From Paramoeba atlantica (taxonomy: Eukaryota > Protista > Discosea): a DNA stretch of 64,000 nt. Positions within the stretch are counted from its first letter, which is position 1; every line of letters starts with the position of its first letter. The position numbers and the translations under genes were made by a program. Positions 1-12,287 of the stretch are shown piece by piece. Location of the stretch: positions 64,099 to 128,098 of the forward strand of contig CDRNVI010000168.1 of assembly GCA_977017575.1 (NCBI GenBank). Reading direction: 5' to 3'. The notes beneath the pieces are model-generated. The model saw only the letters and a list, made by a program, of their open reading frames with translations. It made no database searches and was not told the DNA's origin.

Positions 1-183
1 AACTTTTCGATGCCCTATTTAGATAAAAAGAGTATCTTTTCCGCCAACACCTTCTTTTTTGAATTTTCCGACAACACACATCCATTCCTCGAAATTGGTT
101 TTGGGTCTCAAATTTCCTCGAAATCGCCAGAATCTGTTCTGTGATTTGATTTCAAAAAACTTCCTTTGTGGTTGGATGTGAAA

Positions 184-1479
184 ATGGGAAACCAAATTTC
201 GAGCGAAAACTTTCAGAGAGTATGTGGAGGGCTCAGAACCAATCCCCCGCTCGCTTTCCTCGCATACACCTCGTTTCTCTTTCTCGTCCCTCGAACGTTG
301 CCTGAAAGTTCGACCAGAATGAAAATCGGTGTTTGGGCCGCTGCGTCTGTCCCACTCGCAATAATGCCCTTTGGTTTACCAAAAGACAAACCCTCAACAA
401 TGATGGCACATGTGTTTTCTTTCATGATCCCCTTAAAGGGTCTTCAGATGGTTCTTTCCGAACAGTCATCATCGTCATCGCAACAGAAGGCTCTCGAAAA
501 AAAAGGTGATGAAGAGGTCAAGCAGGAGTTTGCTCAAGCCGAAACTTTGATCAAAGCAAGAGGGAAACAACAACAACAGAATCCCACTTTCCAAGAAATT
601 GTTAGGAGCTTTGTTTATTGGCAAGGAAGTTTTCTTTGGTATATGTTTCCGATTCGTCCTGTTTCTCCAGAAGATCGCCGTCCACTGCCAGAAGTAATGA
701 AATATTCTGTGCTCTGCTTTGCGAGTAGCTTTGGAAAGTCAGTGCTTCAAATTTTTCTCCACAAACTGCTCATGGAGTTGTCAAGTGATCGAAATGTCAT
801 CCAAGTTGCAGGGGGATCATTGTTTAACAGACCTCGATACGTTTTGTCGCTTTTGTGGGGTCTTTGGGTTCTCTTTCCAGATCCAATGAATGATATACTT
901 TGTGGGGTAGTGCCATTGATCACGAATGATCGTTATCGGATTTTACCTTTCTCCAATTTTCCTCTTTTTTCACAATCTCTGAGAGAATTTTGGGGTCGAA
1001 GATACAACCAACTCATTCGGACGTTATATCACGAAACTATTTTTGTACCATTGGTGAAGAATAACGTGGATGTGAGTACTGCTTCTGCCTTTGTGTTTTT
1101 CATGAGTGGAGTTTTTCATGCGTACATCGCGAATGGGACTTTTGGAAAAGGAATTGGTTCAACAACAGTCTTCTTCTGTTTACATGGTGGAGCGGTGATG
1201 CTTGAATCTCATTTGAGAAAGAAAGAGAAAGAAAATGAAAAAAAAGACCTCGAGAAAACAAAAAAAGGTTCGTCACCCTTCTCAGTTGGAAAATGGGCAT
1301 TGACACAAACTTTTCTTGGTCTCACACTACCTCTTTATTTGGGGTTGTTTGTTGGTGCGCTTCCAACATTCATTGAGGAGCGCCCTCTTCAAAAAGACAA
1401 CCTGTTAAATCAGGTTGGGAATGGTCTTTGGAACCTAATGGGCTCTCAGTGTGTTGAGTCGATTCGAAAATTGTTGTGA
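184..1479 (+). CDS. MBOAT family O-acyltransferase (wax-synthase-like), intronless
   Basis: Motifs SLREFWGRRYNQL and FFMSGVFHAY (catalytic His); multiple hydrophobic segments; first ATG at 184. Confidence 0.85.
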   Translation: MGNQISSENFQRVCGGLRTNPPLAFLAYTSFLFLVPRTLPESSTRMKIGVWAAASVPLAIMPFGLPKDKPSTMMAHVFSFMIPLKGLQMVLSEQSSSSSQQKALEKKGDEEVKQEFAQAETLIKARGKQQQQNPTFQEIVRSFVYWQGSFLWYMFPIRPVSPEDRRPLPEVMKYSVLCFASSFGKSVLQIFLHKLLMELSSDRNVIQVAGGSLFNRPRYVLSLLWGLWVLFPDPMNDILCGVVPLITNDRYRILPFSNFPLFSQSLREFWGRRYNQLIRTLYHETIFVPLVKNNVDVSTASAFVFFMSGVFHAYIANGTFGKGIGSTTVFFCLHGGAVMLESHLRKKEKENEKKDLEKTKKGSSPFSVGKWALTQTFLGLTLPLYLGLFVGALPTFIEERPLQKDNLLNQVGNGLWNLMGSQCVESIRKLL

Positions 1480-1586
1480 ATGAACGCCTTCACACACATC
1501 AAAAATATACAAGAAAAAACAAACAAATGGGATAATTTTAAAGGAATAATAATAAAATTCAAATTAATTAATTAATAAATATTCAT

Positions 1587-2417
1587 TCATTCATTTTTTT
1601 TAAAAGGAAATTGGTCAGTATTAAAATATCCTTGAATATCTTCTTGATTATCTCCAGAGAACTCTCCCTGTAAATTTTCGTTTAAATCTTTTTGGAAGTG
1701 TTCAGAGGAACAACTATCTTGAGCACCCCGGAAATCTCGGATCGCTTCTTCGATCGATTTTAGCTCTTTTTCGACTTGATTTAACCTTGTTTCGGCTTTC
1801 TGACCCTCCTTCATGAGTGTTTGGTATTTTTCCGTCAGGATCTCGAAAACAGTCTTCTTCTTAAAGAAGACAAGGAAACGATAGCAGCCGTGCTCAGGAG
1901 AAGCTCTTTTGAAGTCCAAAGGGGAATTCGATTCGGCGGGAGTTACGGCTCTCTTCTTCTCACTTACGAGATCAAACACAAACAATCGAGAATTAGCACC
2001 AATAGGTTCTCCAAATCTTGAACCTCTTTTGAGGTGGATATTAACGGTCTCATAGGTCCCAACGTGAGATTTTTTGGCTTCTAGCACCATGGGTTCCGCC
2101 TCATCACCATTGGTTGTGAGGATTTGGAGACATTCATCCTTTTCATACCTCAAAATAATTCCACTTTCAAGGTCAGAGAGAATCTTTTGGGACCCGTTGT
2201 TCTGAATAACAGCCAAGTTCGCGGAAAAGTCATGGCCAGGAATGAAAAGTTCTCTTTGACATTCTTTTTCCGCCCGTTTTAACAGGTCAGCTTGGTTTGG
2301 TTTTCTTTGTCTTGGTTTCGGACTATTTTTCACAAAAAAAATGAGTGGAAATATTGCACGTGGAGATATTTTTAAAAAATTGAAGTGAAAGGGGTACACG
2401 TGTACCTTTTTGAGCAA
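1587..2417 (-). CDS. Hypothetical protein with C-terminal coiled coil; 5' exons probably lie upstream (to about 2750)
   Basis: Long non-repetitive ORF. Probable intron with donor aaaag|gtacac near 2405 and acceptor aatag near 2323. No family recognised. Confidence 0.55.
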   Translation of the reverse strand: MLKKVHVYPFHFNFLKISPRAIFPLIFFVKNSPKPRQRKPNQADLLKRAEKECQRELFIPGHDFSANLAVIQNNGSQKILSDLESGIILRYEKDECLQILTTNGDEAEPMVLEAKKSHVGTYETVNIHLKRGSRFGEPIGANSRLFVFDLVSEKKRAVTPAESNSPLDFKRASPEHGCYRFLVFFKKKTVFEILTEKYQTLMKEGQKAETRLNQVEKELKSIEEAIRDFRGAQDSCSSEHFQKDLNENLQGEFSGDNQEDIQGYFNTDQFPFKKNE

Positions 2418-2912
2418 ACGCGAAGGGGTACCACTGAAGTGAAACCCAAATCAGACAAATCATTGAAATGAGAATCCTTGCCACGCCAATGAACCCTCGA
2501 ATCCAAGAATCTTTTCTCTTCTAGGTGTTGATGATCAAACATTCTCAATTAAAAGTTTCTTTTTAAGAAAAGTAGAAAAAATAAAATAAACCTTCTTCAG
2601 AAAAAGGAGAGAAAAGAAGACCGGTCCTCTTTCTGGAAAAAGAGGCTGGTCTTCTTTTGACTTCAAAAAAAAGGAACAAAACGGTGTCCTGCTGGTGTCC
2701 CCTTCCCTATTTTTCCCTATTTTTCCCTCTTTCTGCACACTCACAAAACCCACTCCTGCTCTGACAAATCAAAAACGAATTACTTCTCTCAGGTTTTTCT
2801 CATCCCTTCCTTTTCTCTTTTTGATCGTTTGTTTAACTCAATTTTGAGGAAACGAAAAATCATTGAAAAAACTCAAATGGGTTCCTTCATTTTTGAATAA
2901 AAAATATTTTAT

Positions 2913-3968
2913 TTAAAAGAGAAGGAAAAAACTGGTGATGGTGAAGACAACAAGACCAAACCAAGCATTGATTTTTACCCCAGCACTCTTTGGGTCCCAA
3001 ACATTATCTCGATAGACAAAATTAACCATTCCAATTTGAGAAGTTTTCCCCCCTCCAATTAATTCCTCTGGATCCGTCACTTCTTTGAGTGTGTAATGAG
3101 TTGGATACATTCCTTCTTCTTGATAGAGATAAGGTTGTGGATAGCTAATAACTGAGCGCTGATATGGCGCAAAGTCTCGAACCCAATTCAAAATTGGAGT
3201 CGCGACCATGACTTCCCAAAAAACTGATTCACCAGCATAACTCCCATAGATAAGAGCAGGTTGTCTTTCAAATAACTCTTTTGTTTCCAACTTGTCTTGA
3301 ACCCAGTGGCGACCCATCCGAGGAACACAATCTCCCTCGTTATAGTATGCAGTTGGGTGAAGTTCAGCTGGTGGTATGTCATCACACTTGGCTTGGATTT
3401 CTGGAGGGGGAGGGTTCACAGGAAATCCTTCCCAATTAATTGCAGAAACGTTCGCTGCAGGAAGAAAAAAGAAGTGAGCATCAACGTGCTGAGTCAACCA
3501 AGACCACGATGTGGGAAGAGCATCACAATTCAGGTCATTATTTTCACAATCATTCCAAAGATGGCGATATTCTTCATAATTTCCGTTCGGATGTCCTTGT
3601 ACGTTAACTTCAAAAGCCATTGCACGAATGGGGTAATTTGGAGAAGCGGGTGGTTCAAATGTCACAACAACTGACTCTCCTGGAGGACAGATAGCGTTAT
3701 CAGGAGGTGGAAGGCAATGAGAAACTCGATCAGGATGAGGAAAACGGACCCCCATTTCACAAATGTGAACGTAAGATTCATTAATCACGGCATAATCAAC
3801 GAATGTGTAGATCTCCATTCCTGGTTGTCCATCTGTTTGATACAAACCCTCACCTTTTCCGTGAATTCGATATTCTTTGTCACAAACAATTTCGGTCGCT
3901 GGATCTTCGCATTTGGCAAACGAGAAAGCAATCAGAAGAAGAACCGAACAAGAAAAGAAAAACCGCAT
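2913..3968 (-). CDS. DUF5602/TTHB210-like His-cluster protein with signal peptide and C-terminal hydrophobic (GPI-like) anchor, intronless
   Basis: Motifs VNVQGHP, HVDAHFF, VPRMGRHWV, IYGSYAGESVFWEVMV and GMYPTHY occur in the order I recall for bacterial DUF5602. N-terminus MRFFFSCSVLLLIAFSFA; hydrophobic C-terminus. Confidence 0.7.
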   Translation of the reverse strand: MRFFFSCSVLLLIAFSFAKCEDPATEIVCDKEYRIHGKGEGLYQTDGQPGMEIYTFVDYAVINESYVHICEMGVRFPHPDRVSHCLPPPDNAICPPGESVVVTFEPPASPNYPIRAMAFEVNVQGHPNGNYEEYRHLWNDCENNDLNCDALPTSWSWLTQHVDAHFFFLPAANVSAINWEGFPVNPPPPEIQAKCDDIPPAELHPTAYYNEGDCVPRMGRHWVQDKLETKELFERQPALIYGSYAGESVFWEVMVATPILNWVRDFAPYQRSVISYPQPYLYQEEGMYPTHYTLKEVTDPEELIGGGKTSQIGMVNFVYRDNVWDPKSAGVKINAWFGLVVFTITSFFLLF

Positions 3969-4365
3969 GATAAAAAATGAGTTTTGACTGAAGTTGTTGC
4001 CCAAAAAAAAAAAACAACAAAAAGAAAACACAAAAAACGAAACCCCCGAAAACAAATCAAAAAAACCCCGATTTTATTTCTCGTCACAAAAAGCTTCTTT
4101 CATAAATTATTTTGTATGTCATTTTGTGATTCAAAAAAATATAAAAAAGCCACTACTCTCTAAATATTTTTTGCTTGGGAGAACGCTGTTTTTTTTTGGG
4201 TAAATAAAACCCTTTTTTAGACTTCAACCCCTATTTTTGTATCTTGACCAAACTTAGTAAAGAAAATGGTTATCTATTTTTGGTCTTCTATTTTTTTTAG
4301 GGCTCTTTCTCTTTTTCCTCTTTTTTCTTTTTTTTTTTTGTTTCTCTTTCTTTCTCTCCAACAAC

Positions 4366-5379
4366 ATGTTGTTGAGATTTGTTGTTCTCTTTTCTCTTCT
4401 TTTGCGGGTTTCTCTGGGAAGCAATGATGAAAATGGAGATAAGGATGTGGTGAGAGGAGTACCATTAGAATTGACAGATGCGACATTTGATCAAGCGATT
4501 GTGTCGAACGAATTTGGATTCCCTTTTCATTTCGTTGGGTTTTTCAGTTCAAATTGTCCTCATTGTATTTCTCTTCTCCCTGTTTGGCGACTCCTTGCCA
4601 AAGAATATAAAGAGGTTTTTCTTTTTCTTTATCTTTTATCTCTTCAGAATCTCTTTTCTTTTCTTTATTTTAGGATTCTTGAAAAAAACATGAATCCAAA
4701 AAAGATGAGACTGATAAATTCATCTTCTTCTCAATAGACAAAGATTGAAGAATCAGTTGATGTTCGTTGGGTCGAAGGGAAAGAGAATCGTTTTTTAATG
4801 GAACATTTCCAAGTTCGAGCTTTCCCAACTCTTTTATTTTTTACCCATGGTAAGGAATATTTTGCTTTTCTTTCTCTCTGATTCTCATCTTTCCCCAACA
4901 ATAGAAGCCATTTATCCTTTTCTCTCTCTCTATCTGTACAATCATCTGACAAGAAAAATCAATAGACAAGAAAGGAGAGCTTTTTTATCGAGAATATCCA
5001 GGAGATAGAGCTCGACAACTTGAGAGTTTGTTAGATTTTATTACCACAGCTCGTCATGAAGTCTTTCAAGATGACTTTTCCAACTTTCTTTCTTTACCAA
5101 CGTCTCCCTCTCTATTCCAAGTGGGTTCGACTTTCTTTTCTCTTTTTCTTTCCTTTCTTTCTTTCAAATTTGAATTCAAAATCAACAGGATTACTCAAAC
5201 TTGAATATTGGGTCACTGAAAACCCTGTCGTTTGGTTTGTTATTTGTGCTGGATTTGGCTCTGTTTTAGGATTTGTTATTGTTACGTTTTGTTTGGATGA
5301 TTCATTCTTTGAGATTGAAGAAGAAGAAGGAAAAAAAAAAGTGGAAAAGAAACAAAAGAAAAAGCCAAAGAGCGAATGA
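4366..5379 (+). CDS. Thioredoxin-domain transmembrane protein (TMX/PDI-like), multi-exon
   Basis: Signal peptide, CPHC active site, FQVRAFPTL cis-Pro loop, TM helix in last exon, C-terminal KKKPKSE ER-retrieval-like motif. Confidence 0.8.
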
Positions 5380-5695
5380 AAAAGGGTTACAGAGAATCCA
5401 ACATCATCTCACATTTACAAAAACTCGAACAAATTACCTTTCTTACAAAAATGATAAACATTATTCGAAAGAAAAAGACTTCCCAGATAAAACTCTTAAA
5501 AACCAAATACAATAGAAGAGGTATTTTTTTCGATTCCCAAAACACCAATTGTTTTGGGAAGAGGAGTTTACTTTTATTCTTCTCTTCTTTTCCCTTTTTT
5601 CTTTTCGTTTTGTTGAAAAAAAAAATGGTTGGATTTTAGTCTCTCTCTTTTTTTGGGGGGGGTGTTTGTCTCATCTTTTTTCTCTTTTCTTCTTT

Positions 5696-8600
5696 TTACC
5701 AATTTGAATCATACATATGCCATTTATCGTTTACTGGGACTCTTTTGTTTCGATACCATTGATTCATAATCACTTTTTCGACCCCCTCCTGAAAAAGAGA
5801 GATTAAAAAGAGAGATTAAAAATAGAGAAAAAAGAAGGAGAAAGAATTTCTAAAAGGGAGATGAATGAGAATGAGAAAGAAAGAAGAGGACCTCGGTATC
5901 ACAACCAGCATGTGTTGTTCTTTCATCTAAGATTCCTTCCATATGTTGATCTTCAAGTACATCATAAAATAAAGCAGCTGATCCTTTCTTTGGTGGAACG
6001 ACAAATGATTTTTCAGGATTGCATCCTTCCTAAAGAAACAAGAAAGAAAAACTAAGAAGGAAAAGAAAACAAGAACAGAGAGAGAGAGAGAAAGGGGAGA
6101 AAAAAAAAACCACTGGATCAACAGTTTGTGTAACATTCTCAGGAGGAACACCAACATGCGGAAACGCAGTATAACCACCTCCAGTTGGTTGAGTCAAATA
6201 GATTACCATTGTCGCAAATCGATTCCCTCCTCCCCGAATATAAGGATTGTCTCCATTTCTTTCACTTGCTGAGAAAGAATCTAGAAAAGAGAGAGAGGGG
6301 GGAGAGAAGGATGAGAGAGAGAGAGGTGAAAATTAAGAGAAAGAAAATCTGAGAAAAAGAAAAAGATAAAAAACCGGTGTGGAAATAGTAATGCCCTTTT
6401 GGAGGATATCGTACGAGCTATGTAATAAACAGAGAGGGAAGAAAAAAATGAGTTTTAAATGTCATTAGAAAGAAAGGAGAAAAGAGAAAAGAGAAATAAG
6501 AAAGAAAAAAAAAGAGAATTAAGAAAAAAGAAAAAGAAAAAGAAAAAGAAAAAAAGATTACTTGAAAAGGTTCCATAACTTCAACAGCATGTTTTAAAAA
6601 AGCTTGAGTTCGACTGTGAACTCTTTTTGTCACTTCATTTGAATTCTTGTTCAAAGGATCAACCCAAAGAGTTTCACTGTATCTGAGAAAAATATTACTT
6701 TTACAAAAATGTTTCTTTCTTTCCTTCTCTTTCTCTTTCTCTTTTTCTCTTTTTCTCATTCTCTTTTTACTGTCACCATCAATACCTTATACTAGTATCT
6801 TCTTGAGAATGGGCAGTATCACTCCCGACACTTGATTTCATCCACTGAAAGAAATAATAGTAAAAAAAAAGAAGATCGGAGCCAAAAAAAAAGAATAAAC
6901 GAAGAAGAAAGAGAAGAAAGAAGAGAAGAAAGAGAAGAAGAAAGAAGAAAAAAGAATAAAGTGGAGAGAGAAAAAAAAACCGTAGCACTCGCCTCTGGAG
7001 GGAGATTATTCACATGGTCCATAATTTGATCACATTCCTAATTTTTTACCACAACAAGAAACAAGATCGTTAGTAAAAAGTTCCTTTCTTTCTCTCTTCT
7101 TTTCTTCTCCCCCTCCTCTCTTTTTTGGATTTTCTCTTTTTTCGAAAAAGAAAAAAAGTGTGCCTCATGTGAGAGAATGTTATCAATCATAAAGATTTTT
7201 GGTTCAAGTGCTAGTGTTGTGACAGTCACTTCTCTTGGTGGAGAATCTAATTCCCCAAACAATTAAAACCAAAAAAATACGAGTACAGAAGAGAGATAAA
7301 AATACAAAAAGAAAAAGAAAAAAAAAACAACAAAACAAAACAAAAAACAAAACAAAAACAAAAACAAACAAAAAAACAAAAAAACTAAAAAACAAAAAAA
7401 CAAAAAAAAACAAAACAAACAAAACAAACAAAACAAACAAAAAACAAACAAACCAGTAGAATCGCGAACCAAAACAGGAACAACCTCCCCAACTCGAACA
7501 GCAGGGAAAAAGAACCTCTCTTCCCTCTCATAACCAAACTCAGTTGTTCGAAGAGGTCTTGTTGCAATGATAAATTGTTTGTATGTTTTCTTTTTTGGGA
7601 GTGGGTGGATGTATTCGTCTATGTCTATGTATCTTGTGTCTCTTTTTTGTTTTGGAGGGGGGGGAAGAGAAGAGAAGAGAAGAGAAGAAGAGAAGAAGAG
7701 AAGAAGAGAAGAAGAGAAGAAGAGAAGAAGAGAAGAAGAGGAGAGGGGAGAGAAGGGAAAAGGAGGAGAGAAGAGAGAAGAAGAGGAGAGAGGAGAGAAG
7801 GGAAAAGAAGAGAAGAGAGAAAGAGGAAGAGAAGAGAAAAGGGGAATTAGAGAGGAAGAAGAAAATTGAAAAAAGAAAAAGAAGAAAAAGAAAAAAGAAA
7901 AACCTTCTCCAAAAGTGTTGAATATAACGATCTCCAAAAGATTCTTGAACATGTTGAAGAAGATCCCTGCCAATTCATCAGAAAACAAACAAAAGAAAGA
8001 GAAAGAAAGCCCTCCACAACCAAGAACTGAAGGAGTGAAAAAAAAGAAGAAAAACGAAAGAAAAGAAAAAAAAGAGAAATAAAAACCGATAAGTTGTACA
8101 ACCATAAAGAAAAGGAAAAGAACGAATTTCTCCCAAACGATAAACATCAATAGTACTTTGAGAAGAAAGAAGAAGAGCTCTCTTCTTACAATCTACTCCT
8201 TCTGTTCTTAGTTTTGCTGAATAAAGAGCTCCTCCTCTTAGAGCGGGGGAGAGAGAGAGGGAAGAGAAGGAAAGAGAAAGAGAAAGAAAGGAAAGAGAGA
8301 AAAGGAAAGAAAAGGAAAGAAAGGAAAAGAGAGAAGGGGGAAGAAAGAGAAGGTAAGATACCGAGTTTTTGCGCTCTCTCTCCTCTCTTCTCTCTTTCTT
8401 CTCTTAATCTGCAGTTTCTCTTTTCTCTTTAAAAAAAATTAAAATAAAAACTTGGTGTTCACAATTGGAGCAAGATTCTGTTTTGTTACATCACATAATT
8501 GTGCATTCTCATCGATAAAGGCTAAAAGAAAGAGAAAGAGAAAGAAAAAAAAAGAGAAAGAGAAAGAGAAAGAGAAAGAGAAAGTAAGAAAAGAAAGATA

Positions 8601-8926
8601 AGAAAAGAAAAACAACGAAAAGCGAAGAAAAAAAAAAGAGAAAAGAAAAAAGAAAAAAAGAAATACAAAGATCTTGGCGAAGTTCTTGAAATGCAGATTG
8701 TTTGAAAGAAAAAGGAAGACTGTTCCAAACCGAAAAGAACATCTTTCTCTTTTCTGTCTCTGTTTTTTTTTGTTTTCATTCCAAAAAAAGAAACGAAAAA
8801 AGAAAGAAAAAGAAAAAAAAAGAAAAAAAAAGAAAAAAAACCATCTGAAACTGATTCAAGACTCTCACAACCAATCAACAAAAACAAAAAACAGAACAAA
8901 AAAAAGAGCTTTTCTCTCTTCATCAT
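5696..8926 (-). CDS. Prolyl 4-hydroxylase alpha-like 2OG-Fe(II) dioxygenase, at least 12 exons
   Basis: Exons give LALEPKIFMIDNILSHE-ECD, LVRYPPKGHYYFHT-D, NRFATMVIYL, GGYTAFP, PPKKGSAALFY, TQHAGC and EKVIMNQW. N-terminal signal-like segment; 5' exons less certain. Confidence 0.85.
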
Positions 8927-9089
8927 TTTTCTCCGCCACTCCTTTTTTCTCTTTTCAAAAAACTTTGTTGGAATGATTTCTTTGAGATTTCTGTGAAATT
9001 TCATCCAAGTTTTCTTTATTTTTTGGGTTTCTTTTTTTTTTTCTTTTTTCTTTTTTCTTTTTGGGTTCTTTGCTCGAGTTTTCAAGAAG

Positions 9090-9617
9090 ATGGAAAAGGA
9101 ACAAGAGGATGAGAAGGAAAAGAAAAACCAGGGGAGCAAAAAATCACAAAAAGGAAAGAAAGGAGAGAAAAAGAAATATTTAGTTGTTGGATGTGGCTAT
9201 ACAACCCGATTTTTGAAGGAACATGAGATCGTAACAAACCAGAAACTCGTCTTTCTGAGTGATTATGGGATTGGGGATGTTATTTTTCGAAGACCTTTGG
9301 ATTTTTTACAAATTGAAGAAGTGATGGATCAATTTTCTGTTTCTCGATGTGGAACAATTTGTTTTGAATTGACTGAAGATAATTCGATTCTTGGGATCCT
9401 CGACAGTTTGGTGGCGTATCACCATTGTGGGTTCTTTTTTTATAAGGAGGTCTATGGGTCCAAAAGTTATGACAAACATCGATTGATTCAAGAGGAAGAT
9501 TTTTATCATTTTCAAGAAGTGAAAGACCAGATTTATTATGGGACACTTTATCAATGTGAAGTATTGAACGGAGTTGTTGATGTTATTTCTCTTCGTTTTG
9601 ATACTGAGAGTGGTTAA
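9090..9617 (+). CDS. Hypothetical 175-aa protein, intronless
   Basis: Complex-sequence ORF with K/E-rich leader and a globular region ending in FDTESG. Confidence 0.6.
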   Translation: MEKEQEDEKEKKNQGSKKSQKGKKGEKKKYLVVGCGYTTRFLKEHEIVTNQKLVFLSDYGIGDVIFRRPLDFLQIEEVMDQFSVSRCGTICFELTEDNSILGILDSLVAYHHCGFFFYKEVYGSKSYDKHRLIQEEDFYHFQEVKDQIYYGTLYQCEVLNGVVDVISLRFDTESG

Positions 9618-10019
9618 GATGGTTGGGAAAGGGGGAGGTTTCCCTTCACAAACTACAAGAGAAAAAAATGTGATGTGTTTTATTCTTCACTTTAGATTTT
9701 TCTTTGGATTTGTGAGTTGTTGAAGGAAAAACTCAATCTTTGGGAACGAGCCGTGGTTGGGGGAGGAAAAAGAGAAAAGGTTTTTGTCCCCCTTTGTGGA
9801 GATTGTTTGTTATTTCTTGATCTCCAAAATAAAACACATCATTATTGGAAGGTTCGAATGAATTTTTTTACTGTGAAATTCACCCAAATTCTTTTTGGTT
9901 TTCGTTTTGGAGGAGTTTCGGAGAAAGCGCTTCTCTTTTCCATTCGCTCGTTTGCATCAAAAAAACAAATCGAGAAGACCAACTTTCTTTTTTCATCTTT
10001 GAGTCTTCGAGAAAGAAGG

Positions 10020-10723
10020 ATGGGGAGCTCTTCATCAAAGAAGAAGCAACCGCGAAACAGACCCCAAGACCTGAAGTTGATGGTTGTTGGTGATCGTGCG
10101 GTTGGAAAGACTTCCCTCCTCTTTACTTCCATAACAAATGACTTTCCAGAGGAACACATCCCAACTGTTTTTGATAACTATTCCACAAATTGTTTCTACC
10201 AAAACACACAATTTGAAATTGGTCTTTGGGGTTCATTTTCTTTTTCTTCCAATCATTCTTGTTATTTTTCTCTTTCTCTTATTCTAACGTTGATTCCACA
10301 GACACAGCTGGAGACGAAGTCTATGACCGCCTTCGTCCTCTTTCATACCCAGGAACAGATATATTTTTTTTGTGTTATTCAGTTGAAGATTCATGTTCTC
10401 TTGAAAACATCAAAGCAAAATGGCTCCCAGAGATTCACCAACACTGTCCCCCCAATACACCATTTATTGTTGTTGGGTTGAAGACTGATCTTCGTGATGA
10501 TGAAGAGACGATTGAACAATTAAAACAAACAAAAAGGAACATGGTATCTCAAGAAGAAGGTCTGAGATTTGCATTGGAAGTTGGAGCAAGTCAATACATG
10601 GAGTGTTCTTCCAAAACATTTGAAGGGTTGAAAGAGGTTTTTGAGATGGTCAACCATGTTATGTTTGATGAACAACCTCCATTACTCACCCCAACTTACA
10701 ATGTCAAAGGAGCAAAAAGATGA
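10020..10723 (+). CDS. Atypical Rho/Rac-family GTPase A (intron 10231-10301)
   Basis: [38 protein letters not shown]; N-terminus MGSSSSKKK; no CAAX. Confidence 0.92.
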
Positions 10724-11400
10724 GCAAAAAAACAAACCAACCTTGTGGGAGATAATTGGTGTTCCAATTGTTCTTGGTTGTTTATTGTTGGTCGGTTTGT
10801 TGTTGGGTGTGTTGGTGTGTGGATGTTTGTCTGAATGATTGAGATTTTGGTTTTTGACATTTTCTTTCCAAAGAAGATCTCGTATGGCATGAGAAAAGCC
10901 ATTCGCTCAACAGACGTCGACACAGATTTGTTTTTCTCTTCAACCTCAGAACCGCTCACTGCAGAGATTCACACAGCAGGATTAATTTTCCTTCTCGTCC
11001 TGTCTTGATGGTCGATCAAAAGCTCCACCTTCTTTCCAAAAATTAAACCATGCCCACCAGCGGTCCTTGTACCCCTTAATATTTCTGCTGCCTGATCACT
11101 CACTCATTTTTCTCTTCTTAAAACCTTCCCCTTCCCCTCTTTCCCTTTGCCAAATAATAAAATTCCACAACAAATTTTTTGGTTGCGAGGGGGTTTTTTT
11201 TATTTTTAATTTGGAAGAGTTTGGGTTGTTTTGAAATAACAAAAAGACTCCAATCCCGAGAGTTTTCCATTCAAAATTATTTCTCGTTGAACTTTCTTAT
11301 GATTTTTTGGAGAAGAAAGAATAGAGGAAGAAAGAAAAGAAAAAAGAAAAGAAAAAAGAAAAATCCCAAGAGTTGAATTGAAAATATCCGAAAATTCAGG

Positions 11401-12287
11401 ATGACAAGAACCGATAATGGAACGGGTGAAATCGAATTGGATTCCTTCCTCCCAGACGAAAGTGAACTCCAGCGACAAGTCCAAGCCCTCGAACAAGAAA
11501 GACAACAACAAGAGCAGCAACAACAACAACAACAACAACAATGGGCACTCAAAAGACAAATATTTGATTGGAAAACATATTTCCCAACACAACAAGAATT
11601 GAATGAGAATCCTTCTGTGAAAATACTCTTTTCAGTGTTTCTCGTTCTTGTTTGGGGTTCTTTTAGTTGTTCTTTTTTTCTTCATGGAACGAACAGAGCG
11701 ACTGCATATTATGGTTCGTTTGCCCTTGTTGGGGTTCATGAAATTTTGACTCTTTTGAGGTTTTTCTTTTCTTTCTTTTCTTTCTTTTCTGCATTCTGAG
11801 GTCTTTTTCTCAAATCATTTTTTTCTTTTTTAGATTCCAAAAAGATAAGACCGAAAAAGGAATTCGCCTTCGAAGCTCCTATTTTTTAATGTTTCTATTA
11901 TGTTGTGTTTACTTCTTCTTTGTTCTTTTTGATACTCTACTGAAACAATGTTCTGACCACTCCAATGATTGCCATTGTGGGAATCCTCTTACGCTTTTAT
12001 TTTTAATCTTGCTTGACTTTTCAGTTGCAACTTTCAAGTTATCCCCTTTTTGGGCTCTTTCATCTCTTCCTTTGGTACTTGTTGCTCTCCTTGAAATCGT
12101 TTCTCTTTTTTTTGGAAGAAAAGTTTCTTTCAAGAATCCTCGGTGGGTATCATCCTTAACTGTGGGTGTACTTGGCATTCCCAGTGCGATTGGCAGTTTA
12201 ACGATGGCCGGTTTCTTCTTGGTTGGCATCTTGTTGCTCCTTTTTGATGTTTGTACTCCCGGTGGACACATGAATTATATTCAATAA
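11401..12287 (+). CDS. Multi-pass membrane protein with polyQ (intron 11760-11833)
   Basis: Two ORFs join in phase 2 across a GT-AG intron; several TM-like segments; (CAA)n tract. Confidence 0.65.

Noticed and set aside
6400-9000. Many F/L/S-rich or K/R/E-rich ORFs here and at 20900-21400, 23700-24700, 59700-60300 and 62400-63500
   Set aside because: They are translations of pyrimidine or purine intron tracts or antisense shadows of real exons.
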